Below are positions 24,851 through 38,583 of a DNA stretch of 64,000 nucleotides, in pieces (positions within the stretch are counted from its first letter, which is position 1; every line of letters starts with the position of its first letter). Under the pieces are notes generated by a model. It saw only the letters and a program-made list of their open reading frames with translations. It did not search any database and was not told the DNA's origin. The DNA comes from Octopus sinensis (Eukaryota), in contig NC_042998.1 of the NCBI RefSeq assembly GCF_006345805.1, positions 136,710,001-136,774,000 of the forward strand. The letters are read 5' to 3'. Both the position numbers and the translations under genes were made by a program.

Positions 24851-26390
24851 GTTGATAAAGAAAGCTAGTTCATCAGATCACCAGAATGTCTTGGTTACAT
24901 TAACAGTTCACCTCTAAATATACAAAAAATTCAGTCTTCATTTTACAATATATGGAAGGCCAGAATTAGAAAAAATTACATTGATTTGGTTGTTAAAAGA
25001 CAAACAACTGGGCAAAGACTGTGGCGCTCTTCATTGAAGAATTGTGTTTCCGCTTATGAAACCCTTCAGATCAATTAAGTTAAAGTACCAGATAAAAAAT
25101 TAAGGAATTTACAATAATTTATTTAAGCAACATAGCAAGAAGAAATAACAAAAGGAAAAAAAACTAAACAAAAAACAAAGCAATAGCATAAAACTAATAA
25201 TATAAAAATATAAATAATATAAAACTAGTAATATAAAAAGAATTGAGACAAATTGTAAAGAGCCTCAAAATTCTTAGTGAGGGCTTGGATGTGGGAGTCA
25301 ACCTTATACAATGAAACTGTGATCTTCAGCTATAAACTTTATACAAAAGCGACTAGGATCACAAAACATCCACATAGGGAAATTAAACTTCCAACAATCC
25401 CACACGCACACTTGAATATACTTTTCATTTAGCGTTTTAACATGGAATACAAAAAATTTCTATAATGATTACACGGTATGGCCCGCCATACATTGTAAAT
25501 ATGAAGAGTGAATTTTGGGAGTATGTTTAGAGTTGAACTGTTGATATAAACATATTTTCTGGTGGTGTGATGAACTAGCTTTCTTTATTTGCGTTAATTT
25601 GGGAATTTAAACATTGTATTGAAACATGCTGAGCATACGCCTTAATGTAAACATGTACGTATAATTTCTTGCATTCGGAAATTAATACTACAAGATTTCG
25701 AAGCAGTAGTAATCATACGGAAATCACGTGATTAAATAAACCTTTTTTAATTGCTCACACCTTCTGACTTTATGTTATATATACACCCCACAGAAATTCA
25801 TCGCTCGGATTTCTGGATTTTCAGTTACACGGACTCTACATTACAGTACCTTGTGTTTTTACTATGTGGACTGATAGCGGAGTCTTAGGAGGAGCTTACT
25901 GTGATAGCCGCACCGTTCTCTGAATCCACATCTCATATTACTACTATATATATACACACATATGTGTATGTATATTACATGCATAACTACATACATTCAC
26001 ACACACACACACGTACACTCATTAGATGAGGAGACGAAATAAACACAATACCATAAGAGTATGAATAGAGTTATCTGCTCGTTTGGAAACCACTTACACA
26101 ATGATCAATAATTTTCGTACATGAGAACCACGATAATTCTTCAGTTGCCTTGTTAAACGTCAACATGGAGGACTAAGAAATTGGTGTGACCATCATACAA
26201 GGGAATTATTAGTAGTTCTAGTTCCCAATGCTAAACTCCGAGGATCAACTACATACAAATACATACATACATATATGCATACATACATGCATACATACAT
26301 ACATACATACATACATACATACATACATACACACATACATACATACATACATACATACATACATACATACATACATACATACATACATAC

Positions 26391-26860
26391 GTTGTACTGG
26401 TGGAATGTCCCAGTGAAAACCCCAATAAAATGTAAACACAATAGACCTGACATAATGATTTGGGATAGAGAAGAGAAACTGTGTACAGTTGTAGAAGTTA
26501 GCTGCCCAGTGGATGTGAACAGAAAGCTAGAGTTCAACGAAAAACAAAATACCTACGCTAAACTATTGAGAAATTTGCTGTTATTCTACCCAGGTTACAA
26601 GTTAAGGTTTATGCCTATAATTATTAGGGCACTGGGCCATGTAACACACTACCTAAATACCAATCATGAGAAATTAGTCTTCTCAAAACCAGAAAGGAGA
26701 AAGCTAATTCGAAGACTACAGATCCAGTCCATCGCTGGAACTATAAACATCTGTAAAACTTTTTCAAAAGATTATCATTTAAGTATACATGAGCATGTCT
26801 AAATATGCAACCTTATGCATGAAAGTATATAGATAAAATATAGATATGTAATTCATACAT
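26391..26860 (+). mobile_element. 5'-truncated RLE (R4/NeSL-like) retrotransposon, family C
   Basis: YWWNVPVKT..HNRPDIMIWD..VVEVSCPVD..EKQNTYAKL..PIIIRALG (PD-(D/E)xK RLE); begins immediately after (CATA)n. Confidence 0.85.
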
Positions 26861-26911
26861 ACCGACCAATATATAAACACAAAAACCGGTAAAATATTCA
26901 CAAACGCGATT

Positions 26912-27202
26912 ATGAACTGCAAAAGCAGAAATTTAATTTACTGCATCAAATGCCCAAATTGCGAAGAAATATATGTAGGTCATACGGGAAATGCACTATC
27001 AGAACGCTCACGTGTACACCGACAACAGATTAGAGACCCAGAGGTCCGTCAGATACCTTTGAGTAACCACCTAGCAACATGTGGTCGGAAACTATATATA
27101 ATATTTCCACTCTTCAAATTACACAGCCCAAGTGAAATCGAGAGGAAAATCAGAGAAAAGAATTTTATTGATAAATTCGAACCCAAGCTAAATAAGCAAT
27201 AA
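26912..27202 (+). CDS. Penelope GIY-YIG endonuclease domain (fragment)
   Basis: NLIYCIKCPNCEEIYVGHTG..LSERSRVHRQQI..NHL..R..REKNFIDKFEPKLN: GIY-YIG with the PLE CxxC/H motif. Confidence 0.88.
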   Translation: MNCKSRNLIYCIKCPNCEEIYVGHTGNALSERSRVHRQQIRDPEVRQIPLSNHLATCGRKLYIIFPLFKLHSPSEIERKIREKNFIDKFEPKLNKQ

Positions 27203-27683
27203 TAATAATACTTAGAGGTACTACTTCTACTGCTACGACCATGACCACTAACAACAACAACAATACTAAAGGTGATCAAGATGAAGATAGCAGGAAAATT
27301 ATCTTATTTAGGGTTAAAAGTTCTATTGCCACCACCATCACCACTAGCAACAATAATTAAGGTGCTGACAATGATGATGACAATTGAAATATAAAAATCC
27401 TTGACAAAGGCTATTTACAACATTTCTAAAAATAGCCCAACAATTGCTACCTCGGCCAGGGTTAAGATACAGGACTCTTGACATGTTCAACAAAGCGTGA
27501 CGCCTAAACCAATCAGCTCAACCAACCAGCCAATCAGTAATTAAGTGATACTACACACTGATTGGTCAGAATACAATTTGCAAAACCTAGCAATCTAGAG
27601 CCTACACAGGTGTATTTAAGGCATAGATTTAACCATCTCACTACAGTCAAAAATTGTGAAGCATGACTGTCACCACTACTACA

Positions 27684-27728
27684 TGAACCTGAAGATTGCA
27701 GAATTTAATGCATGAAAGTACTAGTTCA
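27684..27728 (+). ncRNA. Type I minimal hammerhead ribozyme (well preserved)
   Basis: tgaac CTGAAGA t tgca gaatttaa tgca t GAAA gtac ta gttca: 5-bp stem I, 4-bp stem II, palindrome AGTACT, CUA triplet. Confidence 0.8.
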
Positions 27729-27849
27729 ATCAGAATGAACATTTAACATTCTATTATTTTATTTTATTTTATTATATTATATTATCTTATATTATATCAT
27801 TATAAGATTGTAAATAAAACGTTGTGTGTGTTTATTGAGCGAAAACACC

Positions 27850-28047
27850 TAAAAGCTCCACGAGGCTCCGGCAGGGGGCGGTGATCCCTGCTGTACTCTT
27901 TCACCACTCTTTCTCATACTCTTTCCTCTGTTGGCCTGCTCGTTTAGCCAGCGGGGTGGCGTCATTCGAAGGCTAAAACAATGCGAACGCATTGTGACCA
28001 GCGATGTGTAACTACATCTGATGGACTGGTCGGTCACGTGATCACGT
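27850..28047. repeat. Probable SINE/LINE tail repeat
   Basis: GC-rich block ending cacgtgatcacgtga before (TA)n; single copy in the window. Confidence 0.35.
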
Positions 28048-28445
28048 GATATATATATATATATATTGCACCCGTACTTACAGGCCGGCACACGTATGCA
28101 TGCACACACTGACATATAAATATATAAGAGCATGCATCAATGTATGATAACTTGTATCAATATAGCAGGGAGATTTCAAAAAGATCCCTGCTTATTTTAT
28201 TATATAATATCGATTTCTACCATAATAGTATTATGCAATACAGCAGCATATATAGGTCTAAAGGTGCCTCTATGGATAATCATGAATATAATATTACTGT
28301 ATGTATTTTTAATATATTAACGCGAACGTATCGATTTCTATATATTTGTATTATACATATATATGTTGTAAATATATATATTTTACATATTTATTTATCT
28401 GTATTTACATGTACATACAGAAGTATACAGATATATCTAGGTGTA

Positions 28446-28523
<78 letters not shown>

Positions 28524-28525
28524 CT

Positions 28526-28570
28526 GCAGTCCGACGATGGTGTAGCTGACCGAAACTTTGAAGTTACTGT
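28526..28570 (+). ncRNA. Degenerate hammerhead motif in a small (TA)n-flanked element
   Basis: gcagt CCGACGA t ggt-loop-acc GAAA ctt tg aag t t actgt: stems I, II and III all pair; core U4 is C. Confidence 0.5.
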
Positions 28571-28675
28571 CAATACCATTATTTTATAAGAATGCTAAAT
28601 TTGTACTCCACAAAGTATAGAGTAATCTATCAAATTAATGTAAAATTATTTTTACTATAACTGAACATAAAAACA

Positions 28676-28709
<34 letters not shown>

Positions 28710-28710
28710 A

Positions 28711-28760
<50 letters not shown>

Positions 28761-29094
28761 ACATATATGTGTATTTATACATGTTCGTATATATATATAT
28801 TTATGAATTAAGATCATTAACATTGAGACATGATCATAATTAAAACTACCAAATTCCCCTCCCATTCACCGACATTGTGGAAACGTGCTTTTTAAAGCAA
28901 CATAGAGTCAGATGTTTGAATGCAATTACTTGATGTGAACATTTATGTAAAGAATTATATACACATATTTAACATGTTTTCATCTATGGACACGGTTTTA
29001 TTTGATTTCTAATATTGGCCTCACGCATGTTAAACTTAAATTAGAAATATAAAAGATCGTGTTGTAAATAATAATCAGTCGTTATATTTGCGAA

Positions 29095-29350
29095 GCGAAG
29101 GCGCGTGACCTCGTTGTTGGGATGTTGCTCTCGTGATAGCAAGATCATGGTTTCCATTCCCGAACTGAGCGGTGGATTGTGTTCTCAAGAAAAAGGGTTC
29201 CTTTCACGTGGCTCCATTTCACTCAGCTGTAAATGTGTAACCCTGCCACAGACCGGCACCATGTCTAGCGAGAATGTTGTAATCTCGGTCACGTATACGC
29301 CATGGAAACCAGGTAATCACTTCCATGAGTTCTAGGACTCGAAGCAGTAA
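29095..29350 (+). mobile_element. Degenerate tRNA-derived SINE
   Basis: tRNA-like head followed by a cactcagctgtaaatg..aaccctgc central motif. Confidence 0.55.
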
Positions 29351-30159
29351 TTTGAAGGTTTAATGATGATGATTATGGTGATCATGTATCTTCTACAGGT
29401 ATTTTCTCATATCTAATTATTTTGCATTTGATGCAGCTTGATATCAACTTGGTTTTAACTGTAATCAGTAATCTTCTCGTCAACCTTTTTCCAAAGTGTG
29501 CTTTAATTACCCCTTCTAAATTACCTGAAATAATATTCTTAGTATATCATAGCTTTAATTTTGATACTTACGATCATGATAAAACAATGCGCAGGAAATA
29601 AGGATGACTTTTCAATGATAATGAATTGACTTTTGAAGTGAGACGAAATAGTTTTAACCAACGACTTACAAACTCAGCTCTCCACTTGTCTCTGAAGCAA
29701 TAAATATCTAGAAACGACTTCATTCTAACACATTTTGTGTCTTTTCAATGTCCTCATTACTAAGGAAGATAATTATGTTGATGTTACTAATAGGGAAATA
29801 AAAAAAACAGTTTATAACTTTAAAATGAGGACTTTCTTTCTGACATCCTAGTTTAGTGTATATAATTTCTTTAATCTTCAAAATTTTGAATTATTATAGA
29901 TTTAATTTCACAGAATATCTTGACTTTTATATCTCGAAAAACATTTTCTGGTGTTCAAATCAATCTAATACATTGGTCCGAAATGTCAAGTGTTAAATGA
30001 CATCAATAGAGAAATATTCAAAGAAATGAGACATGTCATAAAAGGAATTATGTAGTTTCATAATACACAAGCGCGCGCACACACACACATATGCACACGC
30101 ACAAACACATACACACACGTATGTATATACGTAGATATATTCTTTTCTATTTTAGGAAC

Positions 30160-30347
30160 AAGGCCCGAAATTTTGGGGGTGGGGGTCAGTCGATTAGATC
30201 GACCCCTGTATGCAAATGGTACTTCATTTATCAACTCCGATAGTATAAAAGGCTAAGTCGACCTCAGTGGAATTTGAACTCAGAAAGTAAAAAGAGAAGA
30301 AATAACGCTAAGCATTTCGACCAGCGTGCTAACGTTTCTGCCAGCTC
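30160..30347 (-). mobile_element. SINE family A
   Basis: Homolog of 716-912. Confidence 0.8.
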
Positions 30348-30489
30348 GCCGCCTTATATACATAGATATATTAATACACGCATACATGCATGCATGCATG
30401 CACGCACGCATACATACATACATACTACATACATACATACATACATGCATGCATGCATGCATGCATACATACATACATACATACATACA

Positions 30490-30523
<34 letters not shown>

Positions 30524-31169
30524 CGTGTGTGCGTATCCCCCTAGGAAATTGAATCTGCGATCCGATATAAATTTCCAATTTAAGGAACTTCACTTTAGAG
30601 TATATCCCTTCTGAATTGTATTATATACTACAATCTCTCCTCCATTAAAATACTGGTTATTTATGTATACTCCAAAAGAATTTGATACATGTATACTACA
30701 AGAATATGCAAAATGTGTGTATACACAACCACTCATTCACACATATCCATACATACACAGATGGGCACTTCAGTACACACATACTACATCACAGTTGTAT
30801 ATTATCTGAATGAAGAATAATATAGATGTAAAAATCAAGGTAATTTGGCCTGATACAGAAATATAGCACCTTAGCTTCATATTTAGCTATTGTATATAGG
30901 TACAATATATATAGTTAAATGTTGATTTGATAGAGAATCAGGAACCATCGCCTACTATTTGTAAGAATGAAAGAATGAAAATCCAATAAAATACTTTAAA
31001 ATCTCTGTTGGACGCGTAATGTATGTATGTATGTATGTATGTATGTATGTATGTATGTATGTATGTATGTATGTATGTATGTATGTATGTATGCATGTAT
31101 GTATGTACGTATGTATGTATGTATGTATGTATGTATGTATGTATGTATGTATGTATGTATGCATGCATG

Positions 31170-31248
<79 letters not shown>

Positions 31249-31361
31249 GGGGAGAGAGATTGTTAGATATGATGAAAACTCCAGTTTCAATACAAGCATA
31301 TGCTATATAGGCATACATGCATATCTACATAACACGTGGATGTTTATACATATATATATAT

Positions 31362-31426
<65 letters not shown>

Positions 31427-32088
31427 GTTTGTACGTATACATACCTACACAAACGATAGTATCGAACTCTGAGGTTAAGTGCTCAAAATCGCATTTGGTG
31501 CGTTAATTTATTCTTTATTTGTGTATTAACAATGCTACCACTAGTTTCATGCGGAAGGATGGTGTCAAAATTATTTTAAGTGTTGCAATTAATAATGTTG
31601 GTAATCCGCTTCCATACTGGATGAGACTTCGTGGGATACGCAATATTACACGAGACTGCAAAATAATTTCTTTGTTTGAAGCACAGATAAGGATAGGTAC
31701 CTTATTTAGGGACTTCTTTAATTCATTATTTCACTTGTACATGTCTTGTTTTTTTACAAGCATTTTTCATTATATGAGGACATTCACACGTGCACGTAGG
31801 TACACACACACGCGCGCACCCACATACGTATATATATGTATATATATATATTACCTGTACAACTTATCTCAGTATTTATTACCCAAAGAAATATTTTTGG
31901 AGCATTGTATAACCTCGTGTAATCTCAAATAGTCTCAACCAAGATGAACGTCTATTCCTAACATTCTTAATTGGGGCGCATAAAAAATTGAAAACTCTCT
32001 CTATGAAACATAGTAATATTGTTAATCCATAAGTAAAGAATACCCGCACATATACATACATACATACATACATACATACATGCATGCA

Positions 32089-32122
<34 letters not shown>

Positions 32123-33029
32123 CATATATATATACATACCTAAGTACGTATGTACATACATACATACATAGAAACGTATGGAAGGTCCCGAGTTAGCGGA
32201 AGAATAAATAATAACACATATGTGTTGCAGTTCACTACAGCTGTTTCAGGCGTGATCTTTATTGATGGCTAAAAGTGTTACATCATACAGAAAGAAAGAC
32301 AAAAACAAAAAAAAAATTTTTGCAGTTCTTCTTAATTTTGTTTGTCTTAGTATGAAATTAGTAACCTAGAAACTCGTTGATGGCCGCAAGTTGTCCATGC
32401 AGCCTGTCTAAAGTTTAGACTTTTTTGGTAACAAACAGATTATGAAAACTTTTTAGTCTTCCTATTTTATCTTTGCCCGGATGAAATCACAAATCAAACA
32501 CAAAATTTTAAAAAATAGATACAAAGACTGAATAAGCTCTAACAACATAATAAACAGAGACGTTGCACTATTGTGGTTCATATTTTCATACGCAAACACA
32601 TAGGCAATTATATACAGAAACAAGTAGGTTATATCTCTATTTTCACTTATTCTGACAACCTATTGTTCATACTGCTAAATGGCATACTCAATGAAGTAAC
32701 ACAGCATTGACTTTTGGTGTAATTCTCGTCCATACTGTCACATGACCTACGTGAACATAACGCACGGGTGTTATTTATGCTTTCCCGTTACATTCATGGT
32801 CTAATAAAGCCTTAACGTTTGGTACAATTATCATTCAGTACATTACGTATATAACAAGTGTAGTTACATATAGTTGCTGCAGTTAGCTCAGAATGAATGC
32901 AAAAAAAACTGCAAGCATCATAAGATTGTTGCAACAATACTGGAACATTTGCCGGAAATTTTGCTCGCACTTAGAAAGCTATAACCATTTTCTGCGAATA
33001 TTGAAGTGAGGTTATTGTGAAAAGTTTAT

Positions 33030-33196
33030 AGTGGCTGTGTGGTAAGAAACTTGCTTCCCAACCACATTGTTCCGAGCTCAGTCCCACTGCGTAGCACCTT
33101 GGGCAAGTGTCTTTCTATAGCCTCGGGACGGCTAAAACCTTGTGAGTGGATTTGGTAGTCGGAAACTGAAAGAAGTCCCTCGTATATGTATATATC

Positions 33197-33283
<87 letters not shown>

Positions 33284-33492
33284 GTGTGTGTGTTTGTGTG
33301 TGTATGTGTGTCTGCGTTTGTCACCTTACCATCGCTTGACAACCGATGTTGGTGTGTTTACGCCCCCGTAATTTAGCGATTCGACAAAAAGACCGACAGA
33401 ATAAGCACTAGGCTTACAAAGTCGATTTTTTCGACTAAAGGTTGTGCTCCACTATGGCCGCACTCAAATGACTGAAACAAGTAAAAGAGTAA
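33030..33492 (+). mobile_element. SINE family B, full copy with internal (TA)n(TG)n
   Basis: Head gtggctgtgtggtaagaaac..gagctcagtcccact, internal microsatellite 33183-33310, tail ..actgaaacaagtaaaagagtaaaa. Confidence 0.8.
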
Positions 33493-33509
33493 AAAAAAAA
33501 GGAGTAATC

Positions 33510-33760
33510 CGAAGGAAGAATAGAAGAGAACATTGACAAGATGAAGAAGCTATGTATAGTAATCAACGTGGCATGCCCATTTCACAACAGAAGAAAAAGA
33601 AATGAACGCCAAAAGTAGAGTAGTATACCCACTTGAAGTATGAAATGCTCACATACTGGAACAGAAAAGTCGACAAGGTTGTGACTCTGCCAGTTATTGG
33701 AGCGTTAGGAACAACGACAAAAATTCAAGAAAAAGCCTTGAAAAACTTGATTTGAATGAA
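33510..33760 (+). pseudogene. Very degenerate RLE endonuclease relic
   Basis: ..IDKMKKLCIVINVACPF.. and ..VVTLPVIGALGT motifs. Confidence 0.5.
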
Positions 33761-34042
33761 GTTGTGGTTACAGTAAAGAATGTATGTATGCTAAGTTAAA
33801 AAAAGAAATATTTTAAAAGGCTTCTATTCAATGTAAGAATAGCTAAGGAATAGCGGAAAAGATGCTCCTCATCTTAGACAACGAATTGTGGTTCGATAGG
33901 AAGTATAATTAAACCGAACAAAATAGAAAATCTGTGACACAGTAAAATAGAAATAATAATAACAATAATAATGAAAATGATGATGATGATGATTTCTGTT
34001 ATTTGCAAATAGGGCCCAAGACATGGAGGACAATATCAAAGG

Positions 34043-34094
<52 letters not shown>

Positions 34095-34097
<3 letters not shown>

Positions 34098-34262
34098 GTT
34101 TCAAATTTTGCCACAAGGGCAGACATTTTAGGGAGAGGACTAATGGCTTACATCGATCCCACTGTTACTTAATCTATCGACCCCGAAAGGATGAAAGGCA
34201 ATTTCGACCTCGACAGAATTTAAACTCAGAACGTAAAGACGGACTAAATGCCGCTAAGCATT
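34095..34262 (-). mobile_element. SINE family A
   Basis: Homolog of 716-912; tail abuts (AAT)n. Confidence 0.8.
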
Positions 34263-34632
34263 TTGTGTCATATCTGCCGGATTATACCTGAATCCAAGGG
34301 CAAGTTCGTTCACCTAGCTGTCATTCGCTGGCTTACATGTCTATACTTAGCGTATGTGCCATTCCGCCTTTATCATTCTCCCCTTGTGTAGCGTGAAAAA
34401 TATTTGTGAGTGATTGAAATAAGAAAGTTTTTCTCCTTAGTTGTTTCAGACATGTCTATCACGCTGTTTCCATCGCTGTAGCCATCAAATAACAAAAAAC
34501 TGATTGTCCGTCCTGGCCAAAAAGAAAGCCGTGCGTCGATCTTCCCAATGAATTCGTTTGATTGTCTGACCTGTTCATTCAGCGTTAGCTTATGTTTGGA
34601 ATAACTTCACAGATTATCAATATTCAGATACA

Positions 34633-34852
34633 GTGAGGCGGTGAACCAACAGGATCGTTAGCACGCCGGGTAAAATGCTATAGTCGCATTTCGTCCGTCT
34701 TTACGTTCTGAGTTTAAATTCCATGAGGTTAATTTTGCCTTTTTCCTTCTGTGGGTCAATAAAATAAATACCAGTTGAGCACAAAGGTCGGTTTCATTGA
34801 CCTATCTTCTACCCTAACATTGCTGGTCCGGTGCCAAAATTTGAAACCAATA
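34633..34852 (+). mobile_element. SINE family A
   Basis: gaggcggtgaacc..gttagcacgccggg..gagtttaaattcc..gccaaaatttgaaacc. Confidence 0.75.
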
Positions 34853-35321
34853 TTCTGACACTTCTAATGCATGCAAAAATGTTTCGCATTCTGCGCGCAC
34901 CTTTAACAGATGCTGCTTGCGGTACTTCTTTATCTGTAGAATTTATCCCGAAGTGGCAGTGCCTCTGATAGTACTACAATTTCAGGGAAGTCTTAAAGCT
35001 TTAAAGAGTTACTGGTCGATAAACAAAACATTAAAAAAAAATTCTAGTTCTGATTTTTGATTATCTAAAGTTGTATGTCACAAGACTGAATTAAATAAAT
35101 AAAATATACTTCCAGAGAAACAGCGAAAGATATCAGGTTGCAATGAAATTACATTTATATGGTATCAGGACAGGCAATTAAAAAAGTAGTTTTTAGATAT
35201 ATATTTTTCGTTACCTGAAGCAATAAAATGGTATGTTAAACGAATTTTCACGCGCAAACACACACATATACAAGCACAAGTATATTATGCACTCACTCAT
35301 ACACACACGCACACACACACA

Positions 35322-35352
<31 letters not shown>

Positions 35353-35639
35353 TACACACACTCACACACACACACACACCTGTATGTATGAATGTATCTT
35401 CTACTTTTTAATTATAAATCTTCCACTGAGGAGGGAGCCGGTTTCAAACAAAGATACAAGGCTCCATCTTTGGGATGTATGTATGCATGCATGTTTGTAT
35501 GTATGTATCGCTCTCTTTCCCTTCTCTCTCTCTCTCTCAAGTATATATATATATATATATACTTGTTTTCTCCGTTTTTACTTTAACTTAAAGCATATGG
35601 GCAGATTTATATTGGAACTGCTTATATCTTTTGCCTTTT

Positions 35640-35960
35640 ATTTGTTTCTGTCATTGGAGTGCGGCGATGCTGGAGCACCGCACTGATGGGTTTCAGTTGA
35701 AGAAGCCTATTTCTGTTCTTATATTTTCCTTTTTTGTTAGTCTGGTACTTACGCTATCGGTCTCCTTTGCCTAACCGCTAAGTTATGGGAACGTAAACAA
35801 ACCAACACTGATTATCAAGCGATGGTAGGTGACAAACACACCCATAAAATACCTACACATAAATAAGTACACAAAAAAACATTCGCTACGGGAACTGCGA
35901 ACTACTTCTCAAAACCCATTCTGGTGTGCGCTGCGAAACCTGAAAAGAATACTAGGTGTG
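35640..35960 (-). mobile_element. SINE family B
   Basis: Reverse-complement homolog of the 33310-33492 tail. Confidence 0.65.
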
Positions 35961-36490
35961 TGGTATCAACATTTGAGAAATTTTGCAGGAAACACGTTTG
36001 ATTACGTTGTAATTAAAGTTATAACCTTCTCTTTTATAAAGACTAATTTCTTTTGAGTAGAACTCGTAATTCAACACTATTGTTGCGTCATATCCAGGGA
36101 GAATATATGTATCTTATCTACTTAACGTTATGGAATCTTGGAAATGACTGTTATCGAAGTACATGAAAGGAAATAATATTACACATAATTACTTTGTTCC
36201 TGTGATTCTCTGAATAATCATTGAAGTCACATTGGTTTTCCAAGTTCCAAAACGAAGATATGATTTAATAAACGATGACAATGATAATGCGTATGAATAT
36301 AGGCGCATATAAAGATGATAACAGATAATACAGAAGAGCTATGCACGGTAGATAAATTTCCAAGAGACGCCATCTGTATAGAAAGCAGCAGGGACCATTA
36401 AAACGCTAACTCAGTGATCATCCTGAGAAGAAAAGGATCAATAATAATCATTGACTAATAATTATAATGGCTTCAAATTTTGGCACAAGG

Positions 36491-37110
36491 CTGGACAAAA
36501 TTCTTTGCGGTATTCCTTCGGTCTTTACGTTCTGAGTTCTACAAAAGTCGACTTTGTCTTTCATCCTTACGGGGTCGATGAAATAAGTACAAGTGACGCA
36601 TTGGGTTGATGTAATCCACCCCAAGTTCTAGGGCTTGTGCTAATAGAAGAAAGGATTATTACTATGATGAGGAAGGTGGTGAGCAGGCAGAAATGTTAGC
36701 GCGCCGGACAAAATGCTTTGCAGCATTTGTTCAGGCCTTACATTCTGAGTTCAAATTCCAGCGAGGAAGACTTTGCCTTTCATCCTTTCGGAGTTAATAA
36801 AGTAGCTATCGAGTACTTGGGTCGATGTAATCGACTACACATTCCCCACAAATTTCAGGCCTTGTATCTATATTAGAAGGTATTATTAAAGTAGGAGTAA
36901 CGAGCTGATGGAATAATTAAAACAATCGGAAAAAATATTTTGGTCATTTCTTCTAACTTTTTACATTCAAATCCCGACAAGATCAACATCGTCTTTTACC
37001 ATTTCGGGGTTGATAGACTAAAATATCAAACAAGTACTGGGGTTGGTCATATCGACTAACCCCAACACTTCAAAAACTGCTAACCTTGGGTTTAAATCAG
37101 AAACATTTAT
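36491..37110 (+). mobile_element. Three head-to-tail family A SINE copies
   Basis: Copies at ~36491-36660, 36672-36885 and 36890-37110, each ending in attatt. Confidence 0.7.
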
Positions 37111-38159
37111 TAGTAGTATGACGTCTATGTTTCGCTAATGAGGTTATAACTCGGCTGAAACATGTCAGCTGTTATCTCCCATATTCGCCAAAATGGTTTG
37201 AACAATATTAGTCAGTGGATTAATATTGTTTTCTTTTTCTCGTCGCATAATAATTAGTTGTCACTAGAGTATTTAATGCAAAGTGCATTAAATACGTTAA
37301 TGTTGAAATAACTATGTAAGGGCAAAGAAAGAAAGAAGGAAGTGATAATAGGTTACAAGTAACAGATCAATAGAGAATAATTTTTGAATTAAAAAGAATT
37401 TTCACGTCGAGTATTCTAAAATAATAGCATATTATTTATGAGTGGTTATGGTTCGTAGATGATACAACCATACTTTCAGACTAATCATTTGATAGAGACT
37501 ATTAAATAAACTTTCTAATCTTTTATATTTATTTGAACAAACTGTGCGTCTGTAGCATTTAATTAGGACTCAACCGCTGAATGCAGAATTTAGATCAATA
37601 GTAAAATTAATAAGTGCTTCTCATTGAAAGCAGGTGTAGTCTCTTCGAGTGAAAAAAAAAAACAACAGAAAAACAGAATGATAGGTTCAAGATTGTCTTG
37701 AAGCGATAAACCACTAATTAGAGAAAGAATTTTTTTTTGTAATTTTTGTTAGATAGAATTTTTAAGAAAGTGTTTAAAAAACATTAAACATCTCCACTTA
37801 TTAATCTAAACTGACAGCAATATTATTTTAATGAATCAGTGAAAGTCATCTTATGAAAGAAATAATGTTTATAATTACCATTGTACTTTTTTTTTGTTAC
37901 ATCTTTTCAGAGAAAACATCATTAATTTCAAATAAAAAAGGGACAGAAAGTCTCTAATTTGTTATATTGACGTGTCGAATCTCAATCTTATTGAACCATA
38001 TTTTGCAAGTGAGGCAATTTATCAATAATATTTTTTAAGCATCAATACTAATATTAGAAAGAATAATAAAATTGATTTAAAAAGTTAACGTTTCAGCAGT
38101 CATGTGGAAAAGCCTCATAACTGTTGAACAGAAAGGTTTAGCACTAATGTATATTTTTT

Positions 38160-38364
38160 ATCTTTTTCTTGTTTCAGTCACTGGACTGTAACCATGCTGG
38201 GGTACCGCCTTGAAGGCTTTAGTCGAACAAATCGGCTCCAGTGCTTATTACTTTTTGTTTTAAAGTCTGGCATTTATTCAATCGAGTTCGTTTTGCCGAA
38301 TCCCTAAGTTACGGGAACCTGAACAAACCGACACCGGTTGTCAAGCGGTAAGGGAACAAACAAA

Positions 38365-38410
<46 letters not shown>

Positions 38411-38583
38411 TATACAAATATATGTATGTATGCATGTATGTATACACTACGAGCTTCCACCTAGTATCCGTCTACCAAATTCAATCACAAGGCAGAGAAG
38501 ACACCTGCCCAAGTTGGTGCCACACAGTAAGAATGAACCGGAAACCACGTGGTTACAAAAAGAGTTTCTAAACCATACAGGCA
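38160..38583 (-). mobile_element. SINE family B with internal (CA)n
   Basis: Homolog of 33030-33492. Confidence 0.7.

Larger units (their letters stand above)
26870..27830 (+). mobile_element. Penelope-like element 3' fragment (GIY-YIG, 3' UTR, HHR)
   Basis: GIY-YIG ORF followed by an intact HHR and an AT-rich tail. Confidence 0.85.

Noticed and set aside
31519-31932. 137-aa ORF as a second host exon
   Set aside because: TTG start, weak acceptor, no recognisable domain, and it runs into microsatellite.
34373-34604. ~77-codon open frame on the minus strand between two SINEs
   Set aside because: No start or convincing splice sites and no recognisable motif; chance length is plausible.
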